From contig CAZSEX010000001.1 of assembly GCA_964606065.1 (NCBI GenBank), positions 112,429 to 176,428 on the forward strand: a stretch of DNA of 64,000 nt. Direction: 5' to 3'. Origin of the DNA: an uncultured bacterium. Its GTDB lineage: Bacteria; Hydrothermota; UBA3072. Both the position numbers and the translations under genes were made by a program. A model generated the notes under the pieces. It ran no database searches. It had not been told where the DNA came from and was given only the letters and a program-made list of their open reading frames with translations. Below are positions 18,547 through 28,018 of this stretch, piece after piece; positions within the stretch are counted from its first letter, which is position 1; every line of letters starts with the position of its first letter.

Positions 18547-19650
18547 CTATAAATTTATATAATTAAACGGATTAACCGCAACGCCATTTTTCCTTATTTC
18601 AAAGTGAAGGGTTGGGGTTTTTACAGAGCCGGTTTGTCCTACTTTACCTATAACATCGCCTGCCTGAACCTCTGTTCCGTCTTCCACTGTAGCGGAAGCG
18701 AGATGACTGTACAGGGTTACCAATCCTTCTCCATGTTGTATTAAAATTAACTTACCGTAACCAAGAAAATTGTCGCTGTAGACAACTTTACCCGGCGCCA
18801 CTGCTTCTACATCGGTCCCCCAAGGTGTTTCTATATCTATTCCCCTGTTTATGGTTACTGTTCCGTATCTTTCCTCTATTTTTCTTCCGAAATATCCGGT
18901 TACAAAACCGTCTACAGGCAGTTTGATTATTTTTTCGGCAAAAAATTTGCTTCCCGGAGCTTTTTCCTGTTTGGAGAGACTTCTTATTAACTTTTCCAGG
19001 TCTTCCATCGCTTTTTCCATTTCTTTAGACATCGCCACGGCCTTTTTGCTCTCTCCTTCGATTTCGTTCAAATACTCGTTTTTTTCCTTTTTTGTCCTTG
19101 CTAACGCGATTTCTTGATTTTTTACCTCGTCTAATATTTCATCCAGAATTTTCGCTTTTCCTTCGATTCTTTCTTTTTGCAATTTAAGCCGTTCTTCTAA
19201 CCGTTCTATTTCCTCAAGAACTCTTTTATCCTGATCCGCAATTATGGTAAGGAATTTTATTCTTTTGAGCGCGTCGGAAAAAGAATATGAGAGCAGTACA
19301 ACTTCAATAGGATGCAAGGGTCCATGTATATATATTTCTTTAATCCTGTTGCTTAATACTTCTCTTTTTTCTTGAAGTCTATAATGTATTTCGTTCATAA
19401 GAAGTTCAATGTTCTTTTTTTCTTCATTTGTTATTTCCTTTTTTCTCTTAAGCGCATTAATGAGTTCGGTGTATAAGGTTATTTCTTTATCAAGTTCCTG
19501 GATATTTTTTAAAATACCGGTTTTTTCAAATCTCAACTCGGCTATTTTTTCTTTTTGTTCCTTTAGTTGTTGCCGGAGAATTTTTAATCTTTCTTCCGGA
19601 GATTTTACTTCAGCCGAAAGAAGCGCCAATAAAACAAGAAAACAACCCAA
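18547..19650 (-). CDS. EnvC-like murein hydrolase activator: coiled-coil plus degenerate M23/LytM domain
   Basis: Long coiled-coil N-terminus. LytM domain RGIDIETPWGTDVEAVAPGKVVY...GKLILIQHG...TPTLHFEIR. The first catalytic His of HxGxD is Arg and the first His of HLH is Thr. Confidence 0.75.
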   Translation of the reverse strand: MGCFLVLLALLSAEVKSPEERLKILRQQLKEQKEKIAELRFEKTGILKNIQELDKEITLYTELINALKRKKEITNEEKKNIELLMNEIHYRLQEKREVLSNRIKEIYIHGPLHPIEVVLLSYSFSDALKRIKFLTIIADQDKRVLEEIERLEERLKLQKERIEGKAKILDEILDEVKNQEIALARTKKEKNEYLNEIEGESKKAVAMSKEMEKAMEDLEKLIRSLSKQEKAPGSKFFAEKIIKLPVDGFVTGYFGRKIEERYGTVTINRGIDIETPWGTDVEAVAPGKVVYSDNFLGYGKLILIQHGEGLVTLYSHLASATVEDGTEVQAGDVIGKVGQTGSVKTPTLHFEIRKNGVAVNPFNYINL

Positions 19651-19781
19651 GATTTTACCCCAACAGTTTTCTGTCGGTTTTAAGAGAGCTTTCCGGTATT
19701 TTATTCTCTTTTTTAAACGATAAAAAGATTCTTTTCTTCAGGAGCAGAATAATACCGAAAAGGAAAACCAAAAAACTTCTT

Positions 19782-20630
19782 CTATTCATAATAGCCTAAC
19801 CTTTTTACTTCTTCTTTTACTTTTCTCCAGTTTTTTCTAACTGCAACTCTGGTATTCATATATACCTGTCTTCCAAGGAATTTTTCAATGTTCTTACGCG
19901 CCTCGCTCACCACTTTTTTTAATTTTTGTCCTCCTTTTCCGATTATAATACCTTTCTGTGATTCTTTTTCAACAAAAATTTTTATGTCTATTATGTTATC
20001 TTCCATATTCTCCACTTTAACAGCTACAGCGTATGGTATTTCCTGAGAATATTCTTCAAGAACCTTTTCTCTCACGAATTCCTCGATGAAGAACCTCTCC
20101 GGTCTGTCGGATAAGTAATCCTCGGGATAAAATGGTTCTCCCTGGGGTAAGTATTCCTGAAGAGCAGGTATTATTTTATCGGCATTGTCACCCCGTAACG
20201 CAGAAATGGTGAAAACCTTAGTAAAAGATTTTAAATCAATATCTTGTATCAATTTACCGAGGTCGTCCTCTGAAATTAAATCGATCTTATTAACAATCAT
20301 GAAAACCGGTTTATCTACTTTGGAAGGTAAGTCTATTTCTTTCGGGATTTCGCGATGATCTATCATCAGCATTATGACGTCAGAATCTTCTACGGCAAAT
20401 TCGATTTGCTGCTGCATTGCCTTTTCCATTTCATTTCCGGGTTTAAATTGTCCCGGAGTATCCATAAAAATGATTTGATTCCGGTCTTCGGTCCATATCC
20501 CGAAGATTTTATTCCGCGTCGTTTGAGGTTTTGGGGTAACAATAGACAGACTACTGCCTGTAAGGCGATTCATTAAAGTAGACTTACCTACATTGGGTTT
20601 ACCGATTATTGAAACATAACCTGCTTTCAT
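19782..20630 (-). CDS. era: GTPase Era
   Basis: GKPNVGKSTLMNRL, DTPG, NKID, C-terminal KH domain. Start ATG 20630 (MKAGYVSIIG); ATG 20753 would lie upstream of the predicted promoter. Confidence 0.9.
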   Translation of the reverse strand: MKAGYVSIIGKPNVGKSTLMNRLTGSSLSIVTPKPQTTRNKIFGIWTEDRNQIIFMDTPGQFKPGNEMEKAMQQQIEFAVEDSDVIMLMIDHREIPKEIDLPSKVDKPVFMIVNKIDLISEDDLGKLIQDIDLKSFTKVFTISALRGDNADKIIPALQEYLPQGEPFYPEDYLSDRPERFFIEEFVREKVLEEYSQEIPYAVAVKVENMEDNIIDIKIFVEKESQKGIIIGKGGQKLKKVVSEARKNIEKFLGRQVYMNTRVAVRKNWRKVKEEVKRLGYYE

Positions 20631-20668
20631 ATAAGCAAATATATCCCTGTAGCTTGTAAAGTCAAGGG
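20631..20668 (-). promoter_or_regulatory. Core sigma70-like promoter TTGACT-N16-TATATT ending 7 nt before the era ATG (leaderless-type)
   Basis: Minus-strand reading is cccTTGACTttacaagctacagggaTATATTtgcttatATG. Confidence 0.45.
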
Positions 20669-20704
20669 AAGCGGAATTTCGGTTATTAAACCAAACCACA
20701 GATT

Positions 20705-20760
20705 GCACAAGATTATCACAAGAAATTGCACCGCAGAGACGCAGAGGACGCAAAGAAACA
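20705..20760 (-). repeat. Partial copy (about 50 bp core) of the 146-bp dispersed element, upstream of era
   Basis: gattatcacaagaaattgcaccgcagagacgcagaggacgcaaaga matches 57751-57800 and the reverse complement of 51440-51476. Contains TGTGATAAT (extended -10 / Fur-box-like palindrome TGATAATCA) on the minus strand. Confidence 0.7.
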
Positions 20761-20920
20761 AAAAAATTATATAATGTTTTTTAAAACCCATGCTTCAACA
20801 CCCGACGGAATAGAAGTCTTTATTCCGTAGGGCAGGCTGAGAACGCAGAGAACAAATCTTACTTAACCACTAAACGACTTAACTACTCAACAATTCAACC
20901 ATTTAACGGATTCGAAGAAT

Positions 20921-22483
20921 TTACTGTTTTGCTTTTACAACCATTATTTCTTTCGATGTCCAGGCAACAATTTCTCTTCCTCTGTGTAAAAGGGCGAAGA
21001 CTTTTACTTTTATCTGGTCCACGCCTTCGGGAAGTTTACTCGCCTGAAACTCACGATTTAAAATAATCCTGCCTGCCGTTTGGGGGATAACTTTCCAGAT
21101 GACTCCGTAATCAGCGGGTTTTTCATTTAGAATCAAAGGTATTTTGGTGCCTTCAATCACCTCCCGTGAAGAGAAAGTAAAATCAATGAATCCGGAAGCT
21201 GTTTTTACGTCTGTATCTCCATCGTATGAGGATGTATCTGCTATTAAAGACTTATTTTCGCCAATAATTACGAACGCTCTTGCCGGTCTGATGTTTATAT
21301 TCGAGATTGGCTCAGCCATTAAAACTCCAGCCCCGAACCTTCTGGGGACAAAGGTACCATTGTTATTAACAGAGCCGAGATCTTCGGGTATTACTCTCCA
21401 TCGTAAGGGTATTTTTTGGTCGCCTGAGACAGTGAATTGAAATTCGCTGTTAATATCTAAAAAGTGCTTAAAAGAGGGTGTAATTTCTAAGGGTTTAATT
21501 TTATCGGAGGCTATATAAACATCGGCGGAAACGACGCCTTTTCCGAACCTTTCTGGAATAACAGCTATAACTCTGCCTTTTGCGGGAATTTTTCCGGCGA
21601 TAAAAGTACCGTCTTTTCTAATCTGTCCAACCCTCTCGGGTACTACTTTCCATGTGAGCGGAATATTTATATTGCCGAAGCCCTCCGCCTCGACCTTAAA
21701 ATGTGCTATTTCTCCGGTTTTCAGGGTTACGGAGTTGGGAGTTATACGCAGTCCGGTTTCTCCGCTTGCAATCACGATGGCTCGTCCTCGGGTTCCGTTA
21801 TCTTTGCCTACAATCACCGCTTTTCCCGGTACGCTTGCTCTGAATAAACCATTTGAATTTATTTCTCCTATATTGTCGCCTTCGACTCCCCAGGTAATTT
21901 TTTTATTACCTTTTGCTTCAAATTGTACTTTTTCTCCCACTTTTATTCTTACAAACCGCGGAGAAATCCTAATGTCATCTGCCGGTCCGCTTACTCTTAT
22001 AAACGCCGTTTTTATTTCGCCGGTTGTAAGTCGTGCGATTACTCTTCCTCTGCCGCTGTTTTCGGCTGTAAAAACGCCGTTTCTGATATTTCCTATTTCG
22101 GAAGGTATACACTTCCATTCTTTAGCTTTTCCTCCGGTAATTGTGAACCTGATTTGTTCTCCGTTTTTTAAAACCGCGGCTGCGGGAGATATTTTCGCGG
22201 TTTCTCTACTTCCTATTTTAATATAGGCGTATCCGGTTTTTTGTTGTCCGTTTACAATGCTTCGGCATTTAAGAATACCTTTACCTTCTTTTTGTGCCAC
22301 GAAAAAGTTTCCGCGAACCTGCCCGAGAGAATTAGGCACGACGCTAAACGAAAGGTTTCCCCTCATTGGTTTTCCTTCTTTATCCAGAATCTTAACTGTG
22401 AAGGGAATGTTTTCTCCTACTTTGCCTTCTATAGGATTCGGCGATATATGTAAGTCCAGAGACAGTAACAGGAATATCAGCAT
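20921..22483 (-). CDS. Secreted protein with repeated bacterial Ig-like (Big_2-type) domains
   Basis: Signal peptide. Repeats of about 80 aa ending in G(K/R)A(V/I)I.A motifs (GKAVIVGKDNGTRGRAIVIA, AKGRVIAVIP). Last gene of the ECF sigma operon. Confidence 0.55.
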   Translation of the reverse strand: MLIFLLLSLDLHISPNPIEGKVGENIPFTVKILDKEGKPMRGNLSFSVVPNSLGQVRGNFFVAQKEGKGILKCRSIVNGQQKTGYAYIKIGSRETAKISPAAAVLKNGEQIRFTITGGKAKEWKCIPSEIGNIRNGVFTAENSGRGRVIARLTTGEIKTAFIRVSGPADDIRISPRFVRIKVGEKVQFEAKGNKKITWGVEGDNIGEINSNGLFRASVPGKAVIVGKDNGTRGRAIVIASGETGLRITPNSVTLKTGEIAHFKVEAEGFGNINIPLTWKVVPERVGQIRKDGTFIAGKIPAKGRVIAVIPERFGKGVVSADVYIASDKIKPLEITPSFKHFLDINSEFQFTVSGDQKIPLRWRVIPEDLGSVNNNGTFVPRRFGAGVLMAEPISNINIRPARAFVIIGENKSLIADTSSYDGDTDVKTASGFIDFTFSSREVIEGTKIPLILNEKPADYGVIWKVIPQTAGRIILNREFQASKLPEGVDQIKVKVFALLHRGREIVAWTSKEIMVVKAKQ

Positions 22484-23520
22484 TATCCCTCCTTATAGAA
22501 AGTTATGTTTTTTTCTTCTTTTGTTTTAAGAGAAAGGAAATGCAGTCCTTCTTCCAGGGACGGTATGGAATCACTCCCGATAAAGATGATATTCGAATTT
22601 TTCTCTTTAATATAGTTTGTAATTTTTTCTCCGTCCAGGCTTATTTCTATTTCTTCTTCCGGATTTTCCAGTATAAGAACAATTTCAAAATCATTACCCA
22701 CCACGGATCCCTCTTCAGGAAAGACGAAACGGGTTTCTTCAAAACCGCTTCCGGAACCTATTATGCCCGTAAAAGCATCTTCGGTGTAACTATAGGCTGG
22801 CTTTTTTATTTTGGGATCGGTTTTTGCAGCACGGGTAGCCTTTGCTGTACACATATCCATTTTTACTAACGGTCGAGATTCAGACTTTTCGGGAATGGAC
22901 GGGGCTTGTCCCTCGATTTTTTCTCTTTCCGCATAGTTCCGGGTGCTTTCTAATGGAGAATATCCTTTGTCTTTTTTCGCTGAAGTGAAATCCGTTTTCT
23001 TATCCGGTAAAACAAATTTTACCTGCCCGGGCTCTTTCGAAACAGCTCTTAAAGCAGTTTCCTTTTTCTCTTCTTCGTTTTTTTTATGGACAGAAGGAAG
23101 CTTTTCTATTTCTGCTGTTTCGGGGGCTTCCGAAAGTGTTTTTTCCAAAGCCTTTTTAGGCTTTGGAACCGTAGGTATCCGGTCTATTTCTTCCATGTTG
23201 ACCAGGACTGTCGAAACCACTATTATTACAGCCGCGGCGCTTACCGCCAGATATTTCCATCTTATTTTAAGTGTACTTATTATTTGCGGAGTTTCTTTTC
23301 TGGTTGTTTTCTTTAATATATTGTCGATCAAATTATCGGGGCATTGTATTTCTTCTTTTGAAGAATGCAGTTTTCCCACAAGTTTTTTTCTTTCTTCCAG
23401 TTTTTTCGCGCACTCTTCGCAGGATTCGAGGTGTTTCTTTAAAGCCTTAAGTTCTTTATCATCGAGAGCGTTGTCTACATATCCCTGGATTAATTCTTCA
23501 AATTTTCTATGGTCTTTCAT
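22483..23520 (-). CDS. Anti-sigma factor (zinc-finger HC2 type) with single TM helix
   Basis: N-terminal HLESCEECAKK zf-HC2 motif, TM helix WKYLAVSAAAVIIVVSTVLV. 4-nt overlap with the ECF sigma gene. Confidence 0.7.
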   Translation of the reverse strand: MKDHRKFEELIQGYVDNALDDKELKALKKHLESCEECAKKLEERKKLVGKLHSSKEEIQCPDNLIDNILKKTTRKETPQIISTLKIRWKYLAVSAAAVIIVVSTVLVNMEEIDRIPTVPKPKKALEKTLSEAPETAEIEKLPSVHKKNEEEKKETALRAVSKEPGQVKFVLPDKKTDFTSAKKDKGYSPLESTRNYAEREKIEGQAPSIPEKSESRPLVKMDMCTAKATRAAKTDPKIKKPAYSYTEDAFTGIIGSGSGFEETRFVFPEEGSVVGNDFEIVLILENPEEEIEISLDGEKITNYIKEKNSNIIFIGSDSIPSLEEGLHFLSLKTKEEKNITFYKEG

Positions 23521-24047
23521 GATTTCTCCTTAACCAATTCTTCTAATTTGGTAAGAGTTCTATGGAGGCGTGATCTTACCGTACCGATGGGTATTCCCAG
23601 AGTCCTGGCGATGGTTGAATAGTCGCAATCTTCATAGTATCTGAGCACGAGAACTTCCTGGTATTTTCTGGGTAGCTGATGGATCAATTTTTTTATTAGC
23701 TGGCGGTCAGATTTTTCAACCGTGAATTTCTCCGGATTGCCATTGCCTGCGAGGTTTTTTATTTCATCTATAGAGATTTTGCTGTTCTCACGCGCCTGTT
23801 GTCTTCTGTATTTAAAAACAGTATTAAGAGCTATCCTGTATAACCAGGTGTACACGGACGAATCTCCTCTAAAGGACGGGAATCCTCTCCAGGCGTTCAT
23901 AAAAACATCCTGGGTAAGTTCTTTTGTTACTTCATAATTGTTCGTCATATTATAAATCATTTTATAAATCCTCGGGGTATTTTTTTTGACAATTTTTTCA
24001 AACATCTCTTTCCTCTGTTCATATTTTTTGTTCCCCCGTTTCTTCAT
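23517..24047 (-). CDS. ECF-family RNA polymerase sigma-70 factor (RpoE-like)
   Basis: Region 2 QDVFMNAWRGFPSFRGDSSVYTWLYRIALN. Region 4 LPRKYQEVLVLRYYEDCDYSTIARTLGIPIGTVRSRLHR. Confidence 0.9.
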   Translation of the reverse strand: MKKRGNKKYEQRKEMFEKIVKKNTPRIYKMIYNMTNNYEVTKELTQDVFMNAWRGFPSFRGDSSVYTWLYRIALNTVFKYRRQQARENSKISIDEIKNLAGNGNPEKFTVEKSDRQLIKKLIHQLPRKYQEVLVLRYYEDCDYSTIARTLGIPIGTVRSRLHRTLTKLEELVKEKS

Positions 24048-24055
24048 TTGTTTAT

Positions 24056-24083
24056 TTAGATACCAAATTTTCGATTTAGTTCC
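24056..24083 (-). promoter_or_regulatory. Putative ECF (sigmaE-type) autoregulatory promoter GGAACTAAA-N-TCTAA
   Basis: Minus strand reads ttagGGAACTAAAtcgaaaatttggtaTCTAAataaacaaATG. Exactly 18 nt between GGAAC and TCTAA, the same spacing as at 25731 and 27973. Confidence 0.6.
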
Positions 24084-25586
24084 CTAAAAATCGTATTCAT
24101 ATATGATTCTAAGCAGATGTTCTTTATATCCGTTCTCTAAGTATGGGTAATAATTTATGTTTATATTTCCAAGGCTTCCCAGGTTTAATGTTCCGTCCAT
24201 GCTGAAGTCGAAGCTTGTGTTTGAGCCGTTAAGATAAGAGAAAAATCCAATAGACAGCATATGTTTTGCATAATACCATGACAAATTCGATAAAATTCTT
24301 AAGGAATTTGTTTCTTCGAAATATGTTGTTTTTTCGGTCCCCAATGTGTTCTCTATTCGCAGGGAGCCTGAAATCAATTCGAATCCCCCTCCGATATAAC
24401 TGTATTTTTCGTCAAAATATTCTGGGTATTTAGCCCACTGGTATTCCATAATAGGCGCGAAATATGAGGTTAGTTTCCATTTGAATGATTGAATAAGTGA
24501 GATTCCGGGATTTTCCTCTTCTTTATAAACGAGGTACTCGAAATAAGTCGAAAAAGAACCTATTTCGTATATCCCATTCGCGAATCCGGAAAGTCTGCCG
24601 GTGTAAAGATAAGGATTACCGGGCGTTAAATATCCCTCACTGACATTTCTTATGCCGGCTTCCAGACTGTTCAGATTAGATTCAAATATAACTTTTCCTT
24701 CAAAAGCGCTTCCTTCTGTTGTGGAATCGGCGTAAAGGTTGGGATTCCCTTTTGAAAAAGCCCCTTTTATTTTTAACGATAATGCTTTATTTAACCATAA
24801 TCGGGTTTCTCCGGATAAAACAGTGGATTTTTGAGGATCTTCGAATGGGAAAATCATTATATTTGAAGTGTCATCTTCCCCGTAAAAAGCTGTTAAGCCT
24901 ATATATAACGGGTCCTTTTCGAAAGATATTTTACCTCCTAAAAGCAATCTGGGATATTCCGCGAAAAGAGTATCATAATCTTCAGAGTATAGAATAATGG
25001 GAATTAAAGAAAAATTACCTATACCTATTTCGCCGCTTAAGCCATAACCGCCCGGAGAGTATATTGTCAATTCGTCCAGATAAGGCGAAATATAACCGGC
25101 TTCCAGATAATATTTCCCTTTTAAATAACTAAGATAAGGATACCAGTATACAGGATATTCGGGATCATGGTACAGGAAAAATCTCAAATAATTTTCGTTT
25201 TTATAAACAGAAAGGTCCAGCCCTGAAAGAATTTCGTTTTCTGTTGTATAAAAGGTATCCGTCGAATAGGAATTATAATTTCCTATAGATAAATTTCCTG
25301 TAAAAATGTAAGGGTTCTCTTCTGTTTTTTTGATTACTGTAAATGACCATTCTTCGGTTTCGTTTCCGGTTTCTACTTTTATTTTGTGTTTTCCTTCTGT
25401 GGCGTTATTAATTTCGGAGAAAAAATAATCGGATTGCACTTCCCCGGGAAGAGTTTCTCCATCTAAATAGATTTTGATAGATTGTTTTTCTACCGGTGGG
25501 TCGAGCAGAACAGTTATGTCGAATGGGATGGAAGTCGAGTCCCCCGGCGAAATTAAAAAAATAGTTGAAATAATTATTTCAAGCAT
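24084..25586 (-). CDS. Hypothetical secreted / outer-membrane-barrel-like protein (Tyr/Gly-rich, C-terminal ...YEYDF)
   Basis: Alternating beta-strand-like composition and a terminal aromatic residue typical of OMP barrels. First gene of the ECF sigma cluster. Its own sigma70-like promoter (TTGACC-N17-TAAAAT) sits 11 nt before the ATG. Confidence 0.4.
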   Translation of the reverse strand: MLEIIISTIFLISPGDSTSIPFDITVLLDPPVEKQSIKIYLDGETLPGEVQSDYFFSEINNATEGKHKIKVETGNETEEWSFTVIKKTEENPYIFTGNLSIGNYNSYSTDTFYTTENEILSGLDLSVYKNENYLRFFLYHDPEYPVYWYPYLSYLKGKYYLEAGYISPYLDELTIYSPGGYGLSGEIGIGNFSLIPIILYSEDYDTLFAEYPRLLLGGKISFEKDPLYIGLTAFYGEDDTSNIMIFPFEDPQKSTVLSGETRLWLNKALSLKIKGAFSKGNPNLYADSTTEGSAFEGKVIFESNLNSLEAGIRNVSEGYLTPGNPYLYTGRLSGFANGIYEIGSFSTYFEYLVYKEEENPGISLIQSFKWKLTSYFAPIMEYQWAKYPEYFDEKYSYIGGGFELISGSLRIENTLGTEKTTYFEETNSLRILSNLSWYYAKHMLSIGFFSYLNGSNTSFDFSMDGTLNLGSLGNININYYPYLENGYKEHLLRIIYEYDF

Positions 25587-25730
25587 AATTTAGTGCTATT
25601 TTATTGTTTTTTTTACGGTTGGTCAAGGGTGTTTATTATTTAAACCACGAAACACACGAAATACACTAAACCCCACTCCCTTAAAATTTGTGTTCAAAAA
25701 TACACGAAAAAAACCAGGGGCAAGTTTTTT

Positions 25731-25758
25731 TGGAACTAAAATGCGTTTTTGTTATCTA
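25731..25758 (+). promoter_or_regulatory. Putative ECF-sigma-dependent promoter upstream of the serpin gene
   Basis: ttGGAACTAAAatgcgtttttgttaTCTAAtaat, 18-nt gap identical to the sigma gene's own promoter. ATG at 25781 with a GGAGGG SD. Confidence 0.55.
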
Positions 25759-25780
25759 ATAATAAAAACAGGAGGGTAAA

Positions 25781-27013
25781 ATGAGGAATAAAAATGTGTT
25801 CTTTTTATTTGTACTGATTCTGATTTTTGGTTGTGATGTTACTGAACCCACCGAACCGATCAGGGAATTAAGCTCAGCGGAAACGGAACTGATAGAAGCG
25901 GATAATTCTTTCGGGATTAAACTATTTAAAAGGCTTAACGCAGAAACGCCGGATTCGAATGTCTTTATCTCTCCTCTTTCGATTTCGATGGCTCTCGGTA
26001 TGACCTATAACGGGGCCGCCGGGAGTACCGAAGAAGCGATGAGGACCACGCTTGAATTCGGTGATTTATCGATGGGTGAGATAAACGAATCCTATAAAAG
26101 CCTGATAGAATTATTGGAGGGAATAGATTCGGATGTGGAGTTTAATATAGCAAATTCTATCTGGTATAGAGATGACTATACCTTCGAGCAGGATTTTTTT
26201 GACAGGTGCGGTGAATATTTCGACGCGAGAGTGAGCGGCCTCGATTTCGGCAAGCCGCAGGAGGCAAAGGATACGATGGACAACTGGGTGGATGAAAATA
26301 CAAATGGTAAAATCGAAGAAATTGTCGATTATGTCGACCCGATAAATGATGTGATGTTTCTGATAAACGCGATATATTTTAACGGTAACTGGACTTACCG
26401 TTTCGACGAGGAGGATACAGAAGACGGGACATTCTATCTTTTAGGGGGCGAAACAAAAGAGTGCAAGATGATGGAAATAAGAAGCCTTTTTAAGTATTTT
26501 GAAGATTCCCTTTTGCAGGCGATCGATATTCCGTATGGTGACGGGAATTATTCTATGACAGTAATCCTGCCGTATTATTGGAGAGACATTGATGCGTTTA
26601 TTGCGGGATTGACACAGGAGAAGTGGGATGAATGGATGAATGGTTTTTCCGAAGATTCGGTTAATTTGTTTTTACCTAAACTTAAACTGGAATATAAAAT
26701 AGATAAAAATTTGTTAACGGTTCTATCGGATATGGGGATGGAGATCGCTTTCGACCCGTTCGAAGCCGATTTTACCGGGATGTACGCTCCGGGGAACATA
26801 TATATAAGCAGAATAATACACAAGACTTTTTTGGAAGTGGATGAAGAAGGTACGGAAGCCGCGGCAGCCACTGTTGTCGCGATGACGCTTGGGGCAGTCG
26901 AGGACATTTTTCCTACCGTACGCCTGAACAGACCGTTTATTTTCGCAATCAGGGAGAACCATTCCGGTACCATACTTTTCATGGGGAAGATTATCGAGCC
27001 TGTCTGGGATTGA
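25781..27013 (+). CDS. Serpin (serine protease inhibitor) lipoprotein
   Basis: Signal plus lipobox (LILIFGCD). Serpin motifs NAIYFNGNWTYRFD, hinge EEGTEAAAATVVAM, LNRPFIFAIRE. Predicted P1 is acidic (VED/IF). Confidence 0.9.
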   Translation: MRNKNVFFLFVLILIFGCDVTEPTEPIRELSSAETELIEADNSFGIKLFKRLNAETPDSNVFISPLSISMALGMTYNGAAGSTEEAMRTTLEFGDLSMGEINESYKSLIELLEGIDSDVEFNIANSIWYRDDYTFEQDFFDRCGEYFDARVSGLDFGKPQEAKDTMDNWVDENTNGKIEEIVDYVDPINDVMFLINAIYFNGNWTYRFDEEDTEDGTFYLLGGETKECKMMEIRSLFKYFEDSLLQAIDIPYGDGNYSMTVILPYYWRDIDAFIAGLTQEKWDEWMNGFSEDSVNLFLPKLKLEYKIDKNLLTVLSDMGMEIAFDPFEADFTGMYAPGNIYISRIIHKTFLEVDEEGTEAAAATVVAMTLGAVEDIFPTVRLNRPFIFAIRENHSGTILFMGKIIEPVWD

Positions 27014-27068
27014 AAAAAGACGAAAGAGAGTTTTAAGTTTGTTTGGAGAAATAAGCAAGGAGGAGAAC

Positions 27069-27917
27069 ATGAATTATAGGAATTTAGTTGGTGTAACGGT
27101 AATTTTTATGCTTGTTTCCTGCATGGTTTCCGAGGAACCGCTTGACAATTATGTGCATCTTGAATACAACGATTTCATGAAGCTTTCAAATGATGAAATC
27201 GCTGACAGTCTTGCAATAATATTGAATGTTGCACCCGTAACATATAATAAAGTCGTTTCTATCGGGATGTTCTTTTTCGATAATCTTAAATGGGCTATAG
27301 AAGAAGGTCATGAATATATTGCAGAGGATAGTGCGAAAATTATAGTTTGGGTAGACGAGGAAGAGAGTCCTTGTTATGTAACCTATGATTTTAAAAGGAT
27401 TTGGTTTTGGTCTGGTGGAAATTGGACGTATGATGAAGACTCTGTTGTTCTGGAGTTTAAATCAAATCTTGAAAAGACCGGGGTAGATTTAAATTATCCA
27501 TACGATTTAAGAATAAGTAAAAATGAGAATTTCGGCGCTCACTGGTACCGTTTACATATTAATCAAATTTATATCGATTCGGTTGTACACTTTCCGGTTT
27601 TTTATGGGGAATCAGATAGCGATATTAATAAGGTTTACCGTTTACTTGTTAGCAGATGGTATACTAATCTTGATGATATTACAGATACTTTATCAGAGCA
27701 GGCACTAAAGGATAAGGCAGGGGAGTATTTCGAAAATTCCGGAGAAGTTATCTCTATTTCGGATGAATTAGCAATTATGGGATATAAAATTGTCAAAGAC
27801 AAACTCTGCAGAAAAATCGGGAGTGCTGTGATCGATGAATATGGCTCTGAACTTTATTTATATATTGATGTCCAGAATGGAGAAGTAATTAGAGAAGAAG
27901 CTTTGTATTTTGATTAA
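27069..27917 (+). CDS. Hypothetical lipoprotein
   Basis: AAGGAGG SD, signal peptide MNYRNLVGVTVIFMLVSC. No recognisable domain. Confidence 0.45.
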   Translation: MNYRNLVGVTVIFMLVSCMVSEEPLDNYVHLEYNDFMKLSNDEIADSLAIILNVAPVTYNKVVSIGMFFFDNLKWAIEEGHEYIAEDSAKIIVWVDEEESPCYVTYDFKRIWFWSGGNWTYDEDSVVLEFKSNLEKTGVDLNYPYDLRISKNENFGAHWYRLHINQIYIDSVVHFPVFYGESDSDINKVYRLLVSRWYTNLDDITDTLSEQALKDKAGEYFENSGEVISISDELAIMGYKIVKDKLCRKIGSAVIDEYGSELYLYIDVQNGEVIREEALYFD

Positions 27918-27972
27918 TAGTAATATTGTTGATAGATTTTTAAAGCCGAGGAATAGTCCGGACAAAAGCTTT

Positions 27973-28000
27973 GGAACTAAACGAGAGGGGTTTACTCTAA
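27973..28000 (+). promoter_or_regulatory. Putative ECF-sigma-dependent promoter upstream of the lipoprotein gene 28019
   Basis: ttGGAACTAAAcgagaggggtttacTCTAAaaag, same 18-nt spacing. Confidence 0.55.
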
Positions 28001-28018
28001 AAAGTACGGAGGTCCGAA

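Noticed and set aside
21654-22226. 190-aa plus-strand ORF
   Set aside because: It is antisense to the Ig-like repeat protein gene and is a Pro/Ser-rich shadow frame.
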